From: an uncultured Clostridia bacterium
GTDB taxonomy: Bacteria; Acidobacteriota; Blastocatellia; UBA7656; JADIYM01
Length of the DNA stretch: 64,000 nucleotides
Assembly: GCA_964641945.1 (NCBI GenBank)
Contig: CAZXLQ010000001.1
Coordinates: 13,725-77,724 of the forward strand
Direction of reading: 5' to 3'
The position numbers were made by a program, and so were the translations under genes. Shown here one piece after another: positions 19,424 through 29,646 of the stretch. The notes beneath the pieces are model-generated. The model saw only the letters and a list, made by a program, of their open reading frames with translations. It did no database searches and was not told where the DNA came from. How positions within the stretch are numbered: position 1 is the stretch's first letter; every line of letters starts with the position of its first letter.

Positions 19424-19732
19424 TTGACCGACGAAACGCGGATCGACGGTCGTTGTCAACGGTGCGAGGGCGCCTGCTTCTCGTTCGCGGTCGAAGGCGT
19501 CGGCTTGTGGCGGCGGTGGCTCGGCGCCTACATAGGCGGCGCTCCGCCCAAGCGCGACCGCATGACGTGCCTTGTGTGCCTCACGCCCGAGGAGCTGGCC
19601 CGCGTCGAGCGCATGAACCCAAAGCAGGCAATCGCGCCGCTTCTGAGCCGCATCGAAGCGGCCCGGGGCGGAGAAACGACACATGACGAGACAGGACGAC
19701 GAAACGAAGCAGACGACGATGGAACCGGGTGA
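19424..19732 (+). CDS. hypothetical Cys-containing protein (TTG start)
   Basis: GGAGG 6 nt upstream of TTG; CQRCEGAC..CLVC. Confidence 0.35.
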   Translation: MTDETRIDGRCQRCEGACFSFAVEGVGLWRRWLGAYIGGAPPKRDRMTCLVCLTPEELARVERMNPKQAIAPLLSRIEAARGGETTHDETGRRNEADDDGTG

Positions 19733-19910
19733 GCTGTCGCTGACGCATCTGCGGAAGGCCATCAGCTCCGCACGCAAACTCGTCGACCACTACCGTCGGC
19801 AGAACCCGGATCCCCGTGAAGGGCGCCAGCTCGCCATCGTCGCCACGCATCTCGAAGACGCCGAGCTGCACATCGTTGCGGCGACGGTTGGCGGCGTGGA
19901 GAAGCTGTGA
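19683..19910 (+). CDS. hypothetical protein
   Basis: 75-aa ORF; start uncertain. Confidence 0.35.
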   Translation: MTRQDDETKQTTMEPGELSLTHLRKAISSARKLVDHYRRQNPDPREGRQLAIVATHLEDAELHIVAATVGGVEKL

Positions 19911-20143
19911 GACGCCCAGAGTACGTCCACTGCGCCCAGATGGGCCTCTGGGACGGCAGTGTCCCGCTGAGCAAGACCTGGTGCGGTCGCGTCGACACGC
20001 CGAAGGACGAGTGGCAGTTCGAGAGCGCGAACCACGCATTACTGAGCGGCAGATCTCGATCCATGCTCTGTCCCGAATGCGCCACGGCCATCAAGGAAGC
20101 TCTGCGGGCAGTCGCCTACAGGCCAAGAAGGAAGTCTGCGTGA
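19907..20143 (+). CDS. hypothetical protein
   Basis: 78 aa; CPEC pair. Confidence 0.4.
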   Translation: MRRPEYVHCAQMGLWDGSVPLSKTWCGRVDTPKDEWQFESANHALLSGRSRSMLCPECATAIKEALRAVAYRPRRKSA

Positions 20144-20430
20144 CCAGTCGGGCTGAGGGGGTTCTTGCTCGGCTCAAGGACCCGGTCCCGTGGACAACGA
20201 TGGACGGTCGCGTGATGACCGTTCGGGACATGACAGACTCGCACCTTCGTAACTCGATCCGGTACATCGCACGCGTGGTTCGTCGACACAGGCCAGCGTT
20301 TGCTGGCGCCACACTCACGACCCTGCTCAGCTACGACAACGCCGAGAAGGCCATCCCATCCTACATGCACTCCGCCATCCCGGCACTCATCGAAGAGTGG
20401 CACGGCGCGGGCACGACCTGCTCAAGCTGA
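20141..20430 (+). CDS. hypothetical protein (GTG start)
   Basis: AAGGAAG RBS. Confidence 0.45.
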
Positions 20431-20491
20431 ACCTCAGCAACCTGTTCGGCGACCCTGGCAAGCCCATCGGCAGCGACCCCTGAAAGAAACC

Positions 20492-20833
20492 ATGTCCAAG
20501 CTCGATCCCCTCCTCATCGAAGGCATGCTCATGGCCGTCATCCGGCCCAAGGACCCTGGTCTTGCCATCGAGGCCGCACGAAAGGTCACCGAAGACCAGA
20601 ACCTGGGCCTGATCTCTCGCGACGAAGCGCACAGCCGCTTCAACGAGATCCTCTCGATGCAGGAGTACACCTTCCTCGGCCTTCTCGGGCCGCAGCAAGA
20701 AGTTCTCGACCAAGAAGGAAACATCATCGGCCAGATGCAGCCAGGGGACTCGTTCGTGCCGTACACACAGCTCGCCGCTGCCGCTGAAGTCTCCGACGCG
20801 ATGAAAGCCGTCGAGGCGAAGAGGGAGAACTGA
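20492..20833 (+). CDS. hypothetical protein
   Basis: GAAAGAAACC RBS. Confidence 0.5.
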   Translation: MSKLDPLLIEGMLMAVIRPKDPGLAIEAARKVTEDQNLGLISRDEAHSRFNEILSMQEYTFLGLLGPQQEVLDQEGNIIGQMQPGDSFVPYTQLAAAAEVSDAMKAVEAKREN

Positions 20834-20843
20834 CGTGGAACGG

Positions 20844-21005
20844 ATGTTGAAGCTCGCTGAAGTCGAGAAGATGCTGTCGATCAGCCGAACCACGCTGAAG
20901 AGATGGATCTACGCCAAGAAGATCCGAGCCACGAAGGTCGGCCGCGACTGGCGCATCAGCGAGAATGAGGTCGAGACGATCCGTGCGGGGCTGAGGAGAG
21001 CATGA
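20844..21005 (+). CDS. excisionase/MerR-like helix-turn-helix DNA-binding protein (53 aa)
   Basis: MLKLAEVEKMLSISRTTLKRWIYAKKIRATKVGRDWRISENEV; below ORF-track size cutoff. Confidence 0.55.
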   Translation: MLKLAEVEKMLSISRTTLKRWIYAKKIRATKVGRDWRISENEVETIRAGLRRA

Positions 21006-21667
21006 GCGGCACGAAGGTTCTGTCGAGCGTCCGGCGCCAATCCGACGAGTACAGCATCCGCTTCGACGACCGCTTCGGATGGATCGTTGCCCATGTCAGC
21101 GATGCCACCGGCGTACTCTCCATCGCCAGCGATTGGGGGAACTGGAGCCACCGCTGGGACACGCGACACCTGGGCTTCCCGACGCTGACCGAGTTCATTC
21201 TCAAGAGGCCTGACGTTCACTACCTGGCCAACAAGCTCATCGGCTACGGACGAGACCGTCAGGTGAGCATCGCCAAGACGCGTCAGTCCTTTCGTGAGAC
21301 AGTCTGTTCCAACCGACGCGCCAAGCTGCTGTCTCGTGTCAAGGCAGAGGAACTGTGGGCCGAGGTCGGGCTGTGGGAGGGCGGAGATCTTCCTGGCGAC
21401 TTCACCTGCGAGGATCTTGTCTACGAGGACACGTCCGAGTTCATGAACCTCAAAGAAATCGTGCTGCCTGCTCTTCTCAATGCGATGCGGAACAACCCTG
21501 CCAAGGCGGAAGCTGCGATGACGGACCACGAGGCTGCGGTGAGCAAGATTCGCGAGACCTACGAATCCGGCGGACCAGTTCTCGGGCTGCACAGCCGCGC
21601 CGACGTTGGTGTGCTGCTTCGTGAGATCGCTCGCCTGGAAGAGAAGCTCCGCCGCCAAGAAACATGA
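21002..21667 (+). CDS. hypothetical protein
   Basis: 221 aa. Confidence 0.55.
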   Translation: MSGTKVLSSVRRQSDEYSIRFDDRFGWIVAHVSDATGVLSIASDWGNWSHRWDTRHLGFPTLTEFILKRPDVHYLANKLIGYGRDRQVSIAKTRQSFRETVCSNRRAKLLSRVKAEELWAEVGLWEGGDLPGDFTCEDLVYEDTSEFMNLKEIVLPALLNAMRNNPAKAEAAMTDHEAAVSKIRETYESGGPVLGLHSRADVGVLLREIARLEEKLRRQET

Positions 21668-21722
21668 CGTGATGGGCGGGAATCCAATGAGTCGCACAGG
21701 TTCCGTACTGGGAGGGAAAGTT

Positions 21723-22271
21723 ATGAACCTCTCCGAGTGGTACCAGTTCGAGACCTGCCTGGAGGCGCAGCTCACCGGGACGCTTGTGCTCCCCGGAGCC
21801 ATGTGGAACAGGCACGAAGATTTTCGTCAGCAAGCCCTCCTTCATGGCTGGTCTGCATCGTTCGTAGACGGAACGGTGGACGACCAGTTTACGGCTCCGG
21901 AAGCACAGATGAGAGCCCTTGCACCACATGTTCTTGTGACGTTGTCGGACGAAGGTGCCGACCGAACTCTCTATCGAACTCATCTCGACCGGCTGCTCTC
22001 GTCCCCGCTGGAGGAACGCGTTGACCGCCTGGAAAAGTGGTTCGAGGCTCTGCTCAACGAGAAGGGCCGCGAAGCCGCAAAAAGGCTGGGCGCCGACCTC
22101 GATGAAGAGGAAAGCTCGCTTGACTCTAAGCGATTCAGCCCGCCGTTCATGGTTCAGTTTGGATCTCGCATCCGCGTGCATCTGGAAGTTCAGCAGGGCG
22201 CTCCGCGACTGACTCAGCCAGCGATCATCCGCATCTGCCTGATCGGCCTCAAGAAGAGGGAAATTAGGTGA
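21723..22271 (+). CDS. hypothetical protein (start uncertain; 21672 alternative)
   Basis: GGGAGGGAAAG RBS before MNLSEWYQ. Confidence 0.5.
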   Translation: MNLSEWYQFETCLEAQLTGTLVLPGAMWNRHEDFRQQALLHGWSASFVDGTVDDQFTAPEAQMRALAPHVLVTLSDEGADRTLYRTHLDRLLSSPLEERVDRLEKWFEALLNEKGREAAKRLGADLDEEESSLDSKRFSPPFMVQFGSRIRVHLEVQQGAPRLTQPAIIRICLIGLKKREIR

Positions 22272-22549
22272 AACGATCGAAGGACGACATTCTCGGCATC
22301 ATGCGCGAAGCCAACGAGGATGCAATGCTTGCCGAGGGGTTCGAGGACGCGTTCCTTGGACCTGCGGTTCGATGCGGTCAACAGCCGCTCGCCGCCTACT
22401 CCTACGAGAGAGCGGTCCAAGTGCTGATCGACCGTGACGGGATGACCCGCGAAGAAGCCACGGAGTGGATGGACTTCAACGTTGTCGGCGCCTGGGTAGG
22501 TCCGGGGACGCCGATCTGGATCTACGAACCCCAGGATGACAATGACTGA
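22268..22549 (+). CDS. hypothetical protein
   Basis: 93 aa. Confidence 0.5.
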   Translation: MKRSKDDILGIMREANEDAMLAEGFEDAFLGPAVRCGQQPLAAYSYERAVQVLIDRDGMTREEATEWMDFNVVGAWVGPGTPIWIYEPQDDND

Positions 22550-22877
22550 CCAGAGCGACGAGATCTTGGACCCGGGTTCCATTCCTCACGCAAACACTGC
22601 TCATGCCTCACCCGCTCGAAAGGCACTCGGCCGTCTCGACGGGCTCGATGACTTCGACAAGATCATCGACATGCTCTACGAGTGGAAGCGGTACGCCAAA
22701 GAGCTGAAGTTCAACGAGATGCTGTGGACCTTGTACGCCAGCGACTCAAGTAGCGAGGAGGCAGTTCTGAAGACACTGCAAAATGAGGTCGCCCAGGCCA
22801 GAGCCAACAGAATCGATCGTGCCATCGCGAAGATGGGCTTGGACGAGGCCGAGCGCATTCTGGGACTGGAACGATGA
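22536..22877 (+). CDS. hypothetical protein
   Basis: 113 aa. Confidence 0.5.
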   Translation: MTMTDQSDEILDPGSIPHANTAHASPARKALGRLDGLDDFDKIIDMLYEWKRYAKELKFNEMLWTLYASDSSSEEAVLKTLQNEVAQARANRIDRAIAKMGLDEAERILGLER

Positions 22878-23356
22878 GTCCGGCGAATGACCAGAGCGTG
22901 TCGAGCGCCTTGGGCCGCCTGGGAGTCGTTCGCGTGGCGTGGCGTGCCGGGTTCGCCGTGTACTCCGTCAAGACACCTCTTGGGCTCCATGATGTCTGGA
23001 ACGATCACCGCAGGTCCGGCACGTTTGGGTTCTACGACTGGATCTGCTCTGGTGCGAAAGACGGTCAATGGTACGCGCCCGTGGTGTTCCACTACTGCGA
23101 GAAGTGCGACCTCGGCGGAGCTGCGATCTACGTCGAGATGCGAGGCCGCGTCGTGTGTTCCTGCGGGAACATCGACGCCGTACCTCTTCAGCTTTCTGGG
23201 CTCCCAACCGAACCACCCTGGTGGTGCGCCGTTTGCGGAAAGCTGAACGACTCACCGAGGAGACTCGTTCGCGAGGGCTGGAGAAGTCCGTTCTACCTCT
23301 GCGGACCGTTCTGTGCGGATCTGTTCAACCAGATCGTACCCGATCCCATCCGCTGA
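22874..23356 (+). CDS. Cys-rich hypothetical protein
   Basis: CEKC..CSCG..CAVC..CGPFC. Confidence 0.5.
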   Translation: MSPANDQSVSSALGRLGVVRVAWRAGFAVYSVKTPLGLHDVWNDHRRSGTFGFYDWICSGAKDGQWYAPVVFHYCEKCDLGGAAIYVEMRGRVVCSCGNIDAVPLQLSGLPTEPPWWCAVCGKLNDSPRRLVREGWRSPFYLCGPFCADLFNQIVPDPIR

Positions 23357-23386
23357 CCCACCCTCAAAATAATCGTCGAAGGCACT

Positions 23387-23395
23387 TGTCAGACA
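23387..23395. promoter_or_regulatory. TGTCAGACA palindromic operator-like site
   Basis: intergenic, upstream of gene 23461; followed by TACTGT. Confidence 0.45.
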
Positions 23396-23460
23396 CGTAC
23401 TTTCGACGTACTGTTCCACCTGTTCGGGCTGGGCGCCCACAACCCACCACCGGAGATCCA

Positions 23461-23790
23461 ATGGCAGCGAAGCAGAAGAGCATCGAAGGCACCGAGAAGC
23501 CCGCAGAGACGGAGGAGGAGAAAAAGCCGAAGCCGAAGCGCGTCGTTAGGCGCAAGCCGCTCTGGCTCTGCCTTCCGGTCGCCTACGACCATGGCATCGA
23601 CGAAAACGGCAACGAGTTCTCCGTACCGAGGCAGTTCGAGATCCACCAGTGCCACAGCAAGGCCGACGTCCAGACGCTGCTCGAACTGCGTCAGCTCGAC
23701 AGCACGAACCTCAACTACGACCACGTGAAGATCTTCCGCGCCGACCCGTTGCCGCTGAAGCTCACGACCCAGGTTCTGATCAAGTTCTGA
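23461..23790 (+). CDS. hypothetical protein
   Basis: GGAGA RBS; Lys/Glu-rich N-terminus. Confidence 0.5.
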   Translation: MAAKQKSIEGTEKPAETEEEKKPKPKRVVRRKPLWLCLPVAYDHGIDENGNEFSVPRQFEIHQCHSKADVQTLLELRQLDSTNLNYDHVKIFRADPLPLKLTTQVLIKF

Positions 23791-23806
23791 GAGGAGGTAC
23801 AGCACA

Positions 23807-24682
23807 ATGGGAACGCAGCTTCTCCCCGGCGAGCGGGGAACGTACTTCAAGATGGACCCCGACGCTCTGGTGATCGTCGGTCTCGACACGCCTCACAAGT
23901 CCGGCGAGCACCCGCTCTGGGACGAACGCATTCTGCTGCCGCTCGATGAGTCCATGGTCAAGAACATCATGGCGCTCGGAGTTCAGGAGAGCGTGCGCGT
24001 CGAAGTCGAGAAGGGAACTGACGGGTCGAAGGTTCCCTACGTCGTCGACGGCCGCCGCCGCGTCATGCACGCACGCGAAGCCAACAAGCGGCTGAAGACC
24101 CTCGGAGAACCACCGGTCACTGTTCCGGTCATCGCGGAGAAGAACACCAACGCCGAGGACCTGTCCATGCTGACGATCTCGCTCAACGAGATCCGCAAGG
24201 ACGACCCGATGATGGTGAAAGCCGCCAAGGCTGGCCGCATGCAGGCGCGCGGGATGAGCACCAAGCAGATCGCCCTCGCCTTCGGCGTTGCCGCCGGCAC
24301 CGCTGATCTGTTCCTGCGTCTGAACGGAGCCCACGACGAACTGAAGAAGGCGGTCGCCGCAGACAAGATCACTGCCACGGCAGCCGGCAAGCTCTCCGAG
24401 CTGCCTCGCGACGAGCAGCCCGCTGCCCTCAAGAAGCTCCTCGACGAAGCCAAGGCCAGGGGCGAGAAGCGCGGCAAGGTGAAGGATGCGGCTGCCATCG
24501 CGACCTCGCGAAAGAAGGGCGGCGAAGCCCGTCCAGCGCCCGGGAAGCGCATCCTGCTGCGTGTGGTCTCCAACGGAACGAGCGTGCTGCACGACGAGTT
24601 CATCCGCGGGGTCCGGTTCGCCATGGGGGATCTCGATCCTCGCGCCGTCTCCGGACTCTCCGCTCTGATGACGAAGAAGTGA
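23807..24682 (+). CDS. ParB-like nuclease-domain / HTH protein
   Basis: ParB N-domain-like block PYVVDGRRRVMHAREAN and HTH MSTKQIALAFGVAAGTADLFLRL. Confidence 0.75.
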   Translation: MGTQLLPGERGTYFKMDPDALVIVGLDTPHKSGEHPLWDERILLPLDESMVKNIMALGVQESVRVEVEKGTDGSKVPYVVDGRRRVMHAREANKRLKTLGEPPVTVPVIAEKNTNAEDLSMLTISLNEIRKDDPMMVKAAKAGRMQARGMSTKQIALAFGVAAGTADLFLRLNGAHDELKKAVAADKITATAAGKLSELPRDEQPAALKKLLDEAKARGEKRGKVKDAAAIATSRKKGGEARPAPGKRILLRVVSNGTSVLHDEFIRGVRFAMGDLDPRAVSGLSALMTKK

Positions 24683-24891
24683 GAGCTGATATCGAACAGC
24701 TCGCCCTCAAGCTGGCCGACGAATGGCATCGCATGAGCACCTCCGATCGGCAGCTTCTCGTCCGTGCTAACCCACGAGTCGAGAAGCTGCTGTTCGACCT
24801 GCATACGCTCACACTTGGAGACCCGCGCCGATGCTACTGCTGTTCGGCACCGCACCACGACCCTCGCTGCCCAGCCTATCGGCGCACATGA
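24679..24891 (+). CDS. hypothetical protein
   Basis: GTGA overlap; 70 aa. Confidence 0.4.
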   Translation: MRADIEQLALKLADEWHRMSTSDRQLLVRANPRVEKLLFDLHTLTLGDPRRCYCCSAPHHDPRCPAYRRT

Positions 24892-24898
24892 AAGAGGC

Positions 24899-26929
24899 AT
24901 GGCCAAGAAAGCCAAACCGCGAAGCGATCTGAACCCTGAGCAGGAGGCCGTTGCTTCTCACGTGGACGGCCCGCTTCGAGTCGTCGCGACAGCCGGATCT
25001 GGCAAGACCACGGCGCTGATCGAGCGTGCGGTTCGGCTCGTTCAGTCGGGCGTCGACATGCAGAAGATCCTGCTCATCTCCTTCTCGGTGAACGCCAGAA
25101 AGCAGATGGCCCAGCGAATCTCTGCTCGTCTACCCGGCACCGAAGCTGGCGAGATGTGCCGAACGTTTCACTCGATCGCGCTCGACATCTTCCGGCGCGA
25201 GGTCGACCCGCAGAAATCGTGGGCCCTCGACACGAGCGGCAGTCTCACCCGAATGGTCATTCGCTCAGCTCTGAACGACCACGGACTCAGTCCGACTCAT
25301 GAACTGAGCCAGGCCGTCTTCGACTTCGCGTCGCGTGCCAAGAACGACCTGCTCGTCGAACCGCCAGCGCTGCGTCGCCTCGGCCTCCGCAATCCCGGAC
25401 TGCTGAGACTCGCTTCCACCTTCGCCAACGACACGCTGGTGGGCTGCTCGGGGGACGATCTCGTCACAGTGCTCCTGGCCATGGAAGACAATCGCCGTCG
25501 CGGGCTTCGGCTCGACGGCGCCGTCCGCCGCTTCGCGAACTTCGATGACCTGCTCGTGCATGCGGCCCATCTTTTGATTCAAAACGACGTGCGAGAGCGA
25601 TGGGGCTTGAGGTGGTCGCATGTGATGCAAGACGAGGCTCAAGACGAGAACACTGCTCAGGCAGAAATCGCCCATGCGCTCTGCCGCACGAGCCGCAACT
25701 ACGTGATCGTCGGAGACCCAGCTCAGAGCATCTTCGGCTTCCGTGGCTCTCGTCCTCAGCGCATCCTCAAGTTCGACGAAGAGTGGCCAGGCGCGGCTAC
25801 GGTCAAGATGTTCCGGAACTATCGGTCTGGCATCGAGATCGTCGAAGCCTCCAACCGTCTCATCAGCTTGATGCCCCCAGACACGGTCCTTCCGATGGAG
25901 GCAAAAAGCGAGCGACAGACGCATGCCTTCCTCGCCGCAGCGGAGTTTCGGACACAGAACGACGAGGCGAAAGCCATCGCGGCAAACATCAAGGCCCACC
26001 GGCGCGACGGGGTGGACTGGAAGGACCAGGCGATCTTGGTCCGCACCAACGCACAGACAGGACCCATAGAGGCAGCTCTTGCCGAGGCGGAGATCCCCTA
26101 CAACCTCATCTCCGGCGAGAGCTTCTTCGAGCTGCGAGAGACCGGATTCTTCTTTGGCTCGATGAGGATGATCGAGAAGCGGGCCAAGCGTGACGACGTG
26201 CGAATGGCGATGTCTGTCGTCGCCAACAAGGCCTTCGCGGACGGCGTCGCCGCTCGGTACGAAGAAGACCCGGAGCACGACTGGTTCCGCGCCGTACAGG
26301 GCGAACTGGAATCGCCGAACGCCAATCTCGCAGCAGGAACTCGGCGACGACTCCAGCAATGGATCGGGACGCTCCTTCGACCAACGTCGAACGGTGGAAC
26401 GGTTGTGTCCCCCTACAAGATCGTCAAGCTGCTCCAGTGGGCGGTGCTCCCGGACGAGAAAGCGACGGCTTCCGACACAAAGAAACTCGAAGCCGCTGGC
26501 GACAACCTCAAGTCCGAGAACGTCAAGGCCGTCTGCTCCTTCGTAAGTGACTACGCGAGCTGCGCCGCCGTGTGCGACAAGCTCGACTTGATCGACAAGG
26601 CTCGCTCGTCGCGCACCCCCAACAAGGTCGCCATCTCGACCGTTCACAAAGCGAAGGGAGCCGAGTGGCCGATTGTCTACATCGCCGGATGTGAGAACGG
26701 TCTGTTTCCTGTGGGCAGTGCAGACCTCGTGGAAGAACGGCGCCTCTTCTACGTTGCTGTCACACGGGCGATGGACGAGCTGTGGGTCTCCTACTCGACC
26801 GAAGACGACGAGCGAGACAAAGAACCGAGCTGCTTCATCGAGGAGGCCAAGATCCCAATCACCAACTGGCCCGAAACAGGACGCCGCATCACGCCCGCAA
26901 GAGTTGGCGACCAGCTCTCGCTGATCTGA
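24899..26929 (+). CDS. UvrD/Rep-like superfamily-1 DNA helicase
   Basis: Walker A ATAGSGKT; C-terminal VHKAKGAEWPIVYIAG..LFYVAVTRA. Confidence 0.85.
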   Translation: MAKKAKPRSDLNPEQEAVASHVDGPLRVVATAGSGKTTALIERAVRLVQSGVDMQKILLISFSVNARKQMAQRISARLPGTEAGEMCRTFHSIALDIFRREVDPQKSWALDTSGSLTRMVIRSALNDHGLSPTHELSQAVFDFASRAKNDLLVEPPALRRLGLRNPGLLRLASTFANDTLVGCSGDDLVTVLLAMEDNRRRGLRLDGAVRRFANFDDLLVHAAHLLIQNDVRERWGLRWSHVMQDEAQDENTAQAEIAHALCRTSRNYVIVGDPAQSIFGFRGSRPQRILKFDEEWPGAATVKMFRNYRSGIEIVEASNRLISLMPPDTVLPMEAKSERQTHAFLAAAEFRTQNDEAKAIAANIKAHRRDGVDWKDQAILVRTNAQTGPIEAALAEAEIPYNLISGESFFELRETGFFFGSMRMIEKRAKRDDVRMAMSVVANKAFADGVAARYEEDPEHDWFRAVQGELESPNANLAAGTRRRLQQWIGTLLRPTSNGGTVVSPYKIVKLLQWAVLPDEKATASDTKKLEAAGDNLKSENVKAVCSFVSDYASCAAVCDKLDLIDKARSSRTPNKVAISTVHKAKGAEWPIVYIAGCENGLFPVGSADLVEERRLFYVAVTRAMDELWVSYSTEDDERDKEPSCFIEEAKIPITNWPETGRRITPARVGDQLSLI

Positions 26930-26936
26930 GAACACC

Positions 26937-27338
26937 ATGGACACCAAGAAGTGGCAAAAGAACTGCGACACCTGTGGACAATCAGTCCCGCTGGATCCGA
27001 TCGAGCCTTGCAACCTGTGCGGCCATCCATGCGGTGTGCCGGCAGGCGAAAACGATCCCGGAGACCAGCGGATGGGGCTTATCAAGCAGACGGTAGTCGG
27101 TGGCTATTGGTCGACGCCTGGGAACGGAGACGGAGCGCTCGACGATGGCATTTCGTACCGCTTCTCCCTCTGCGAGTTCTGCCTGGACTGGCTCTTCCAA
27201 CGCTTCGTGATCCCGGTTTCTACAGTCCCGTCCCCATTCCGACCCGCAGAGCAGCGCGTGCGAGATGACGAGTGGCGACGGCACAAGACTGAGTTTTTCG
27301 CCGAGTTCGAGAAGCGGAACGCATCCAGGAAGCTCTGA
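26937..27338 (+). CDS. Cys-rich hypothetical protein
   Basis: CDTCGQ..CNLCGHPC. Confidence 0.5.
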   Translation: MDTKKWQKNCDTCGQSVPLDPIEPCNLCGHPCGVPAGENDPGDQRMGLIKQTVVGGYWSTPGNGDGALDDGISYRFSLCEFCLDWLFQRFVIPVSTVPSPFRPAEQRVRDDEWRRHKTEFFAEFEKRNASRKL

Positions 27339-28012
27339 TGCCCAAACTCGTCTTCGTCTCCGATACACACGAGCAGCACCACGTACTCAACATCCCTCCG
27401 TGTGACATCCTCATCCACTGCGGAGACGCGACAGGCGTTGGGCGCGTCGATCGTCTGGAAGCGTTCAACGCATGGGCTCGACGGCTCAAGAAGATCGGAA
27501 TGACCAAAGAAGTCGTCTTCGTGGCAGGAAACCACGACGTGCTTCTCGACGCGTCGCATCCCGCGGTCAATCGCGACGATCGGACGCGTCGGCTTCATCG
27601 CATGGCCGTTGAGGCTCTAGATTCGGTGATCTACCTGAAAGACTCCGAGGCTACCATCGACGGTCTACGGTTCTGGGCCAGTCCGTGGACGCCACGGTTC
27701 TTGGACTGGGGCTTTCAGCTTGATGGCGAAGCGCATGCGATGGAAGTGTTCTCCCAGATACCACACGGGATCGACGTGCTGGTAACACACGGTCCCCCAG
27801 CCGGCATTCTCGATCTGTGCCCAGACGGCCGACGAGTTGGATCAAGCGCTCTACTCGAAGTCGTGCGCGATCGTCGCCCGAAGATACATGCGTTCGGCCA
27901 CATCCACCACAGCTACGGAGTCGAAGAAATCGACGGCATCAAGTTCGTGAACGCCTCCATCTGCACCGAGCAGTACCTTCCGCTCAACAAGCCGATCGTC
28001 ATCGAAGCGTAA
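27338..28012 (+). CDS. calcineurin-like metallophosphoesterase
   Basis: VSDTHEQHH, HCGD, GNHD, THGPP, GHIH metal-binding motifs. Confidence 0.8.
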   Translation: MPKLVFVSDTHEQHHVLNIPPCDILIHCGDATGVGRVDRLEAFNAWARRLKKIGMTKEVVFVAGNHDVLLDASHPAVNRDDRTRRLHRMAVEALDSVIYLKDSEATIDGLRFWASPWTPRFLDWGFQLDGEAHAMEVFSQIPHGIDVLVTHGPPAGILDLCPDGRRVGSSALLEVVRDRRPKIHAFGHIHHSYGVEEIDGIKFVNASICTEQYLPLNKPIVIEA

Positions 28013-28557
28013 TGCGTCGGCAGGCGTCCACGATATCTCTCGAAGAGGAGCTTCAGCTTGAAGCTCGCATTCTCTCTGCGCGGAGGCTTGGTGCGAAACC
28101 GGGCACCGTCAGGCGCCTCTGCCCGCTCTGTCACGACGTCTACTTCGTAGCCAGCGGTCATCGCGGCAGCGTCTACTGCAAGATGGTAGCGACTCGAAAG
28201 GCGTTGCTTGAGCGGCAACTCGCCGCCGTGTCTATGAACTACAAAAAATGGATGGACGAGCTGGGTGTCCCGTACGAGCTGCATGAGACCAGCTACAGCC
28301 GAGTCGAGAGGGGTGCCTTCAAAGGCATCGGCGAGCTGGAGACGCGGATGTGGGTTCCGATGACGGTTGCCAAAGCCGTCAGGCTGGTCGAGGAAACCGG
28401 ACGAACCGAGTTCGGTCCTACTTATTCGCTGTGCAGTATCGAGACTCGGCGAGCGCTCATCGCTGATCTGGTACTGAAGAACAAGGCTCAGTGGCTTCGA
28501 GAAGGAATCGGAACGCAAGGTCTTCTCACCGCATCAACTGACACTTCCCCAGCCTAG
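28012..28557 (+). CDS. hypothetical protein
   Basis: TAATG overlap; 181 aa. Confidence 0.5.
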   Translation: MRRQASTISLEEELQLEARILSARRLGAKPGTVRRLCPLCHDVYFVASGHRGSVYCKMVATRKALLERQLAAVSMNYKKWMDELGVPYELHETSYSRVERGAFKGIGELETRMWVPMTVAKAVRLVEETGRTEFGPTYSLCSIETRRALIADLVLKNKAQWLREGIGTQGLLTASTDTSPA

Positions 28558-28786
28558 CCATTGCTATCCGTCCTTCTCGGTCTCGACGCATGGACATCCT
28601 TCGATGGCGTTGCCTGTTAGGATCGACTCTTCGACGAAGATCACAGTCCAAGCACATCTCCGCCTTCCGAGGCTCACCACCGATGAAAGACCACTCGGGA
28701 GTGGTTTCGCCGCAGCAAACGCACACGGGGTTCCCCAGTCGCCTCAACGCCTGGAACCTCAACGAGGGCTTGGGACGCTTACGCAT
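28526..28786 (-). CDS. doubtful small Cys-containing ORF
   Basis: low complexity; convergent overlap with 28012-28557. Confidence 0.25.
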   Translation of the reverse strand: MRKRPKPSLRFQALRRLGNPVCVCCGETTPEWSFIGGEPRKAEMCLDCDLRRRVDPNRQRHRRMSMRRDREGRIAMARLGKCQLMR

Positions 28787-29549
28787 GAGCGGCAGAACCT
28801 GAAGCAACGCGCTTGAGGTACTCGTTCACCTGCTCGATCGTCAGCGGTGGGACGTGAACTTGGGTGTCAGTGTGCATGAAGCCCCAGCCAACGTCCGCGA
28901 CAACCAGGGTCCCGTCCGGACGACGCATGAGGTTGCCCGAGTGAACGTCTTCCCAGTCGATTCCCATCGAGTGCATCGCGTGGACCGCGTCGCTGATCTG
29001 ACGCAGCAGTTCGACACCGCGCTCCAGGTTGGGCGCCGTATTCATTCCGCTTTCCACGAGATCGTCCCTCAGGTAGCTCCGCCACTTGTCGAGCATTGCT
29101 CGATGCGATGGCCGCGGAAACTTCAGGTCGATGTCCATGTCGTTGTAGATGTCGAAGAGAATGTCGACCAGCGTCGAGTCTTTCTTCGAGAGCGGCGTCA
29201 TGTAGGACCGGTGAATCAGATACCAGCCGCGAAGACCTGGCTGATGCGAGCCCGTCACGACCCAGATGTTGTGGATGTCGACGATGTTCTTGTGCCTCTT
29301 GCCACGAAGCACGGCGGAGGCCTGAGCCTCGGACGGATCCCGAGTGAACTTCAGAACGGACTTGCCCCCGAGGTCCACTTCGTAGGCAGCGCCGAACGCT
29401 CCTTTGCCGAGCTTCTGCTTCACGGGGTCGGTGATTCCGAGTCGCTCGACGCAATCTCGATGCTTCAACATCACAAGCCCCAACGGCATGTGAGGCTCGC
29501 GGGTGATCTTCGAGAACGTGGAAGGGTAGCTGTAGGACTGGTCGATCAT
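28779..29549 (-). CDS. protein kinase-like (Ser/Thr kinase fold)
   Basis: Gly-rich loop LGKGAFGAAYEV, Lys in VLKF, catalytic HSGNLMRR, DVGWG. Confidence 0.7.
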   Translation of the reverse strand: MIDQSYSYPSTFSKITREPHMPLGLVMLKHRDCVERLGITDPVKQKLGKGAFGAAYEVDLGGKSVLKFTRDPSEAQASAVLRGKRHKNIVDIHNIWVVTGSHQPGLRGWYLIHRSYMTPLSKKDSTLVDILFDIYNDMDIDLKFPRPSHRAMLDKWRSYLRDDLVESGMNTAPNLERGVELLRQISDAVHAMHSMGIDWEDVHSGNLMRRPDGTLVVADVGWGFMHTDTQVHVPPLTIEQVNEYLKRVASGSAAHA

Positions 29550-29552
29550 GTC

Positions 29553-29579
29553 TGTCAGACACGCATCTTATGTCGGACA
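29553..29579. promoter_or_regulatory. paired operator-like sites TGTCAGACA and TGTCGGACA, 18 bp centre-to-centre
   Basis: divergent region between kinase gene and basic-protein gene. Confidence 0.45.
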
Positions 29580-29646
29580 GCCGTCTCCGCCAACACCCGG
29601 TGGGCTCTGGCTGCGGAATCAGTTAGGATAGGCCCCGGAGAACCAG